DNA of 58,369 nt from a virus. Taxonomy: Duplodnaviria; Caudoviricetes. The notes under the pieces are model-generated. The model searched no databases. It worked only from the letters and a program-made list of their open reading frames with translations, and was not told where the DNA came from. Each line of letters starts with the position of its first letter. The first letter of the stretch is position 1. Positions 58,132 through 58,369 of this stretch are shown one piece after another. Both the position numbers and the translations under genes were made by a program. Where the stretch lies: IMG/VR virus record IMGVR_UViG_3300009160_000050, positions 1 through 58,369 of that record; one strand, written 5' to 3'.

Positions 58132-58369
58132 ATGACATATCTTTTAAATTACTCAAACTGGCAAAAATTACATGAAGCAGCAAATGGAGAACTTCCGACT
58201 GCTGATCTTGAGTCTATTCCAGTATTACCGACTGAATCTGGTGAACGTCACTCTTTAAATCCGATTGCAGCAGAAGCCTATTCAAAAATGGTAGCTGCAG
58301 CAAACGCTGATGGAATTGACTGGGGAATCACAGATTCATATCGCCCATTAGAAGTCCAAAAGCGATTAG
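58132..58369 (+). CDS. M15B (VanY-like) D,D-carboxypeptidase/peptidoglycan peptidase, 3'-truncated
   Basis: Hand translation MTYLLNYSNWQKLHEAANGEL...LNPIAAEAYSKMVAAANADGIDWGITDSYRPLEVQKRL. SYR..E.Q motif. Runs off the window. Confidence 0.7.
   Translation, partial: MTYLLNYSNWQKLHEAANGELPTADLESIPVLPTESGERHSLNPIAAEAYSKMVAAANADGIDWGITDSYRPLEVQKRL

Noticed and set aside
1-58369. Stop-codon reassignment as in some jumbo phages
   Set aside because: Code 11 gives long, tightly packed ORFs. TAA, TAG and TGA all end genes at plausible junctions.
1-58369. Prophage or host chromosome, with tmRNA as integration site
   Set aside because: No integrase and no duplicated tmRNA 3' end. Phage late genes with the same promoter motif flank the tmRNA on both sides.

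Overview
AT-rich, gene-dense 58 kb segment of a T4-like jumbo myovirus genome (standard genetic code), mainly the late/morphogenesis region. It holds large baseplate/tail and fibre proteins, neck/tail-terminator/tail-completion-like genes, a gp6-like wedge, small and large terminase, a sigma factor, gp26/gp51-like hub chaperones, a spanin-like pair and a head scaffold-like protein. Several signals point to a Bacteroidota host: a Bacteroidota-type tmRNA, a bS21 ribosomal protein, a T9SS-cargo-like secreted protein, signal peptides followed by Gln, and A-rich SD-less leaders. Main observations: (1) a candidate programmed -1 frameshift (A AAA AAG TAA) that adds an 81-aa start-less SH3-like/basic extension to the scaffold-like protein; (2) a FkbM methyltransferase + MBD4-like glycosylase + GT-B glycosyltransferase cassette, a candidate DNA-modification system; (3) a phage tmRNA with a long 23-residue tag, plus bS21; (4) many proteins with T4 capsid-targeting-like N-termini (metalloprotease, NUDIX, VanY-like peptidase, annexin-like and ATP-grasp-like proteins), suggesting an ejected head cargo; (5) two promoter classes. 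All family calls come from reading motifs by eye, not from database searches.
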